From the NCBI RefSeq assembly GCF_009914755.1, contig NC_060927.1: 64,000 nucleotides of DNA; one strand, written 5' to 3'. The DNA comes from the human T2T-CHM13v2.0 reference genome, Homo sapiens. The first letter of the stretch is position 1. Each line of letters opens with the position of its first letter. Of this stretch, positions 58,519-64,000 are shown one piece after another. Under the pieces are notes generated by a model, which saw nothing but the letters and a program-made list of their open reading frames with translations, was not told where the DNA came from and did no database searches. The position numbers and the translations under genes were made by a program.

Positions 58519-59140
58519 ATAGGTTAAGCAAAATGGAAATTAAATATAAACAAAAACTCTTTGAGATTGAGTTTATTTTGATTCACTAGGAAATTAATAG
58601 TTCCATGTATTTTCTTATAATAATATTTTAAAGATCTAAAGCAAATAAAGTAAAATCTTAAAAGTTATTAAAGTTGAGTGGTAGGTACGTGAATATTTGT
58701 TATATTTTACATTTTCTAGTTAGGGAAATAATAACAAACATAAAAAAATCTTTTTAAAAGAAATATAATTAAGACTAGTTTTGCAATGTAGTCCTAAGGG
58801 GAAGTCCAAAGAAGGAACCCAGAAAGGAGGTAAGAGGTGAGGGCCTAAAAGTGCCATTGGCTGTAGTTTACATTCAAACATTAACAGATAGTTATTAACT
58901 GCTTCCCAGATGCAATGGTAAGAGTTTGTACTGCCCTTAAGGGGGTACTCACTGGTGAAGGGTTAGACAAGCAAGCAGGTGTGCATGGTATAGTTTCAAA
59001 AGATAGCTAAGTGCTAGGTGCTAGGGGAATTTCCACAAAAGGAGGGCCTTTAATCCACAGCTGCTGAGGAAGAGCTGGGAAGACCTCTCAGAAGAGGTAA
59101 CATCTTAGTCAAGCTTTATAAAGGATGAATAAAAGTTGAC

Positions 59141-59439
59141 GGCCGGGCGTGGTGGCTCACGCCTGTAATCCCAGCCCTTTGGGAGGCCGAGGCAGGAGGA
59201 TCACCTGAGGTCAAGAGCTCAAGACCAGCCTGGCCAACATGGCAAAACCCTTTCTTTACTAAAAATACAAAAATTAGCTGGGCATGGTGGTGGGCGCCTG
59301 TAATCCCAGCTGCTCAGGAGGCTGAGGCAGGAATCCCTCACTTGAACCCAGGAGGCAGAGGTTACAGTGAGCCGAGACCACGCCACTGCACTCCTGCTGG
59401 GGAAACAGAGTGAGACTCTGTCTCAAAAAAAAAAAAAAG
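59141..59439 (+). mobile_element. Alu (AluSx-like)
   Basis: ggccgggcgtggtggctcacgcc; TSD aaaa(g)ttgac. Confidence 0.95.
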
Positions 59440-59659
59440 AAAATTGACAAGGAGATAGAAGTGTCTTGGTGTCTTGTGCAGGGGAAAATGTACTTGCCAA
59501 ACTGGTTTGTAATGGCCAGACTCAAGGAACAAGGTAATGGGTGGTGAACAAGAACAATTCACATAGGCCATGCCAATTGTTGAGTTTAAATCCTGGAGGC
59601 TATTGCTCTTTGGAAGATTTTAAGGTGGAGAAATAGCAGGGGAAGAAGGGCAGTGAGTA

Positions 59660-59888
59660 CACTGGCTCCAGAGATGAGGGCTGGAATCTGGTGTCAAATT
59701 CTGGCTCTGAAACTTACTACCTTGGATCTTGGACAAGTTACGCAAGGTCTCTATGCATTGGTTTTCTCATCTGTAAAATGGAGATAATATTGTCTACCTC
59801 ACAGAGCTGTTCTCAGCTTTAAATAAGCTAACTGATGTTAATCACTCAGAGGTATATCTAACCACATTGTAAATGCTTAGCAGCTACT
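59660..59888 (+). mobile_element. MIR SINE
   Basis: cttggacaagttac...ttttctcatctgtaaaatggagataat. Confidence 0.75.
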
Positions 59889-60057
59889 AGGAAATTCAAG
59901 CAATTTTATGTAAAGATTGGATCATGCTTTAGAAAGATGGCTTTGACAGCACTGTGGAGCAGCTATGATGGGAGTGGGGAGATTGCAGGCCAAGAGACCT
60001 TTAGACGATTGGTGCAATCAAGGTGTAGGCCTAGGAGCAGCAGTCAGCATCACCTGG

Positions 60058-60422
60058 TGTATTAGTCCATTTTCACACTGCTGATAAAGACATACCTGAC
60101 ACTGGGTAATTTATACAGGAAAAAGGGTTTAATGGACGTACAGTTAGTTAGTTCCCTGTGACTGGGGAAGCCTCACAATCGTGGCAGAAGGCAAGGAGGA
60201 GCAAGTCTTACCTTACATGGATGGCAGCAGGCAGAAAGAGAGAACTTGTATAGGGAAACTCCTTCTTATAGAACCATCAGATCTTGTGAGACTTATTCAC
60301 TGTCACAAGAACAGCACGGGAAAGACCTGCCCCCGTGATCCAATTACCTCCCAAAGGGTCTCTCCCACAACACGTGGGAATTCAAGATGCGATTTGGGTG
60401 GCAACACAGCCAAACCATATCA
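60058..60422 (-). mobile_element. THE1 (THE1B-like) solo LTR inserted in a MER5A-like element
   Basis: tgtattagtccattttcacactgctgataaagacatacc...cagccaaaccatatca; TSD cctgg/cctag. Confidence 0.88.
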
Positions 60423-60516
60423 CCTAGGAACTTGTTACAAGTGTAGACTTTCTGGAATGGGGCCCAGCAATCTAAGGAGCACCAAAAGTCCCTCCAGGTG
60501 AATCTTATGTACATCT

Positions 60517-60571
60517 AAGTTTGCAAAAAGAGAACTGAATAAGTTTGCAAAAAAATTTGCAAAAAGAGAAC
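60517..60571. repeat. Short imperfect tandem triplication
   Basis: tttgcaaaaa(gagaact) x3. Confidence 0.8.
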
Positions 60572-61899
60572 TCAGCTGGTCAAGCTGAGAAGAAATGAGA
60601 AACTGAATAAAACCTAACCATATGGAGGGCTCCTCATGGCCTAGGTACTGAACATTAACTGGTTTAAACAGTAAATCAAAGGTTATCCTCATTTTATAGA
60701 TAAACCAAGGCTTAGAAAATGTGGCTGAAGTCCTTGTTCGGCCTCATGGCTGGCAAGTGGTGACACTAGGAATCAGACCCAAAACCTGTGCTCTTAACCA
60801 CTAGGCTCTTCTCATAATCAGAAAGTGATTGAGGAGAAGGGGAATTTCAGAAATCATAAAGTAATAGAATTAGCAAGGCTTACCGGGTGATTTGCTATGG
60901 TCATGGAGTCATTGTGGACTCCCAAGTCCCTGGATTTGGATAAATATTGATGACATTCTGTGATTCAGGCTGCATGAATGAAACGGCACGTGTAAATTCT
61001 AAGAAATTTTTTTTAACATAAGGAGTTTGAGGTCCCTACAGGAAAACAGAATGTAGAGTCCCTGTAGTTTGGACACTCAGGCTGGGAATAAAAATTTGGG
61101 AGGCCTAAGTATACAGGTGGATGCAGCTGAAGATGTGGGTGTGAGTGAGACAATCTTAGGCAAGTATGGCAGGAGAAAAGAAAGCGGGCCAAGGGCAGAA
61201 CCCTGGGGAACAGGTAGAAGAAGAAGCTTCTGCAAAGTAGACAGTAAAAAGAACCAAACAGAGGTAAAGGAGAAAAGGGAAAGGACCCAGACATCCAGGA
61301 GAAAATCAGCTCAAAGTCAGCTCAAAGAGAGGCTGGGCCAGCATGGTTGTTGCTGAGAATCTCAGCCTTACTGCAAGGCAGAATCAAATTACTATCCCTC
61401 TCCTACCACCCCTCCCCTATGAATAAACTGGGATACATGACACCAACAACAAAAAGGCTCTCCCGGGTGGTAGAATGTTAGGAGAGGGTACCCTAGGCCT
61501 GAGGCAGTCATTAATAAAAGCTTATCAGGATGCTGACAGAATGCCAGTGTACGTGCCCTCTAAAATTGTAATTAGTGAGATTGTACTCCTTAACATGCAA
61601 CTTGGTGTAATAGCAGTAATCTTGATGAACTGTGGTCAGTATGGATTCAGGGAGGTCATCCGTACTAATAAAAGTCTAATTCATCACAGTTAATACACTT
61701 TGGGTTTCATATTACACTCCCAGTGCCTTTAAGCACTTATGGTGAGCATAATACTTATTATTTTCCACCTCAGTTCTAGTGTCAGAGCCAGCACATATAC
61801 AAACAAACAAACAAACGAAACCTAACTGTATGTATGTAGTCTAATGGCCGCTCAAATATCTGAAAGGGCAGATATGGATTTGAAGTCTCACACATAAGG

Positions 61900-62090
61900 A
61901 AACATTTATTGAGTGCTTCTGGTGGCCAACATTTTACATAGGTTATTTCATTTTATCCTCATAAGCACCCTCTGAGATAGTTACAGAAAGAGCCAGACTT
62001 AGTGAACAAATGAAGTTGAGTTTTACAGTGCTATTAACTAGCTAAGGTCATACAAATAGTAACTGGAGCTAAGATTTGAAACCCCTGTCC
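61900..62090 (-). mobile_element. MIR SINE
   Basis: aacatttattgagtgct...tcattttatcctcat...gctaaggtcatac...gatttgaaaccc. Confidence 0.6.
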
Positions 62091-62850
62091 ATCTCATTGC
62101 AAGTTTATATTATTTTCATTAATGATGCCAGAATGGAATTGGTATTAAATCATCTTGCACATTTTACAAGAATGTCATACAATTCCAGTAAATAAGCTGA
62201 ATGAAACCACTTTTAAACTTTGAGAAGAAGAAAGCGATATGTAGGCAGGATATTTTTTATTTCCACCATGAATATCAGAAGTAGCATCTGAAAATATAAA
62301 AGAGGCCTCAAAATAATCTCTAAAAGCACATTCTTATTAATAGTTTCCAAAAAGAAAACCTTAATCTATTTCCATTTTTTTCTTGACTTTGCTGTTTATC
62401 AGTACCCCCAGGAGCTCATTTTTATACATACTACTTTATGGAAACCACCTACCCCTCTACTGTCACCCTTAATATACACAGCCCCATAGAATTTCTCCTT
62501 TCCTTGCTATTCTACTGAGCCATAGAGCAGAACTGGCAAGAGAAAACAAAAGAGAGCAAGCCGTTAACCTCTCTGCCTCAGTGGCTGTTTTATAAAATGA
62601 CATGACTTCATTATATTCCTGATATCAGAACAACTCCCTGCCACCACCACCACCCTACAGCCTCCCTGAAGTTTTCAGCAACCATGAAGAAAAGACTGAG
62701 CACAAGCTGGCCCATGGAAACTTGGGAAACTTTTTTACCTCATGCCTGCAGATACCGTGGGAGTAGACTTTGAGCTGCTTCATGCCTGTCTCAGACAAAA
62801 TTTTACAGACTGTCTCCTATTTTCCATTTTACAGTTTCCAAATCAGCAAC

Positions 62851-63281
62851 TGCTATGGTCTAAACATGCCTCCCCACCTGAATTCATATGTTGAAACTTA
62901 ATCACAAAAGTTAGTACTAAAAGATAGGGCCTTTAGGAGACGATTAAGGATTAGTGACCTTATGAAAGAGGTTGAAAGGAGTGCCCTCGTGCCTTTTGCT
63001 CTTTTTTGTCTTCGCCATGTAAGGACACAGCATTCATCCCTCTTCCCCCACTTTTTTTTGTTTGTTTGTTCGTTTATTAATTTGCCCCTCTGCCTTTTCC
63101 ACCATGAGAGGATGCCATAAGAAAGTGGCACTTATGGATCAGGCCCTCCCCAGATACTGAATTTGCCAGGACCTAGATCTTGGACTTCCCGGCCTCTAGA
63201 ACTGTAAAAAATAATTTTCTGTTATCTATAAATCACCTAGTCTCAGGTATTTTGTTATAGCAGCCTAAATGGACTACGACA
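62851..63281 (+). mobile_element. MaLR solo LTR (MLT1A/MSTD-like)
   Basis: tgctatggtctaaa...aattcatatgttgaaac...ttgttatagcagcctaaatggactacgaca; TSD gcaac/acaac. Confidence 0.8.
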
Positions 63282-64000
63282 ACAACCTCCTCCTGTCACT
63301 ATTATAATAATATCAATTACCAAGAGATGCCAAAGTGGGAATTTGGGTATTTCATCATTTAGAGGACTACCAATTAGAGTCAGACTTCTAGATGGGCCCA
63401 GGCTCCCAATATTTTTGCTTCCAAATATGTTTTTCAAAGCCATATATCTCCTTCCCCATAGATAGCATCCATACATCAAAATCCTCAGTTATATGAAATA
63501 AGAGAAAGAAGGCCTCTAATGTGCCTACTACATTCTACTCACAACACAGGATATAGAAACAATCTCTGTTGAGAAAAAAAAAGGAAAGCTTCCAGAAGTT
63601 CTTCCTTTGGTATACTCCACCAGACCTTAGGAAAGGAATGGGATGTCAGAGAAGACTTCTAATCAAAATAAGAGGAGGAAGAAATTTTAGACAAATGGAC
63701 TTGATCTCAAAAACCACACCTACCCTCCCTCTTGAAAAGGGGCCCAAAATGGTTCACCTCCACTTTCTTTTATTACTTTCCTTTATAAGCTGCTGTCACA
63801 GGCTCCAGAGGACTGGTAAGTTCTCTTCCAGAGAAATTCAGACAGGTCAGAAGATTGTATTTCTGAGAAGTACTGAGGGCTGGAAGAATCAGATGTCCTT
63901 GTCTGTTTGATAAAGCAAGAGGTCAGTGCAATTATGGCAGAAAATTCATGAAGATAACACAGGCGCAAGCTGGAAAGTAGTGGTTATGGTGGCTTTGTAG

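Overview
Primate genomic DNA, human/great-ape type (AluY/AluYe5 and L1PA2-6 present). It is AT-rich and intron- or intergenic-like. I recognise no host protein-coding gene: the long ORFs are LINE-1 ORF2 remnants and the short ORFs are Alu/L1/simple-repeat artefacts. Contents: four co-oriented (minus-strand) 5'-truncated L1PA insertions, older L1PB/L1M pieces, about 20 Alus, several solo LTRs (MER11, THE1, MST/MLT1, MER39-, LTR33- and LTR47-like), DNA-transposon fossils (MER6, MER20, MER5A, MER30, Charlie), MIR/L2 fragments and a probable SNORA31-like retrocopy. Most notable: (1) the four L1s have 3' ends of different subfamilies yet share a patchwork of non-consensus alleles, suggesting local short-tract gene conversion or an assembly artefact; (2) one L1 is flanked by a ~170-bp duplication and has no poly(A); (3) one L1 carries two serial short 3' transductions; (4) several candidate small exons. 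Subfamily names and 'consensus' comparisons are from recalled sequences, not database searches.
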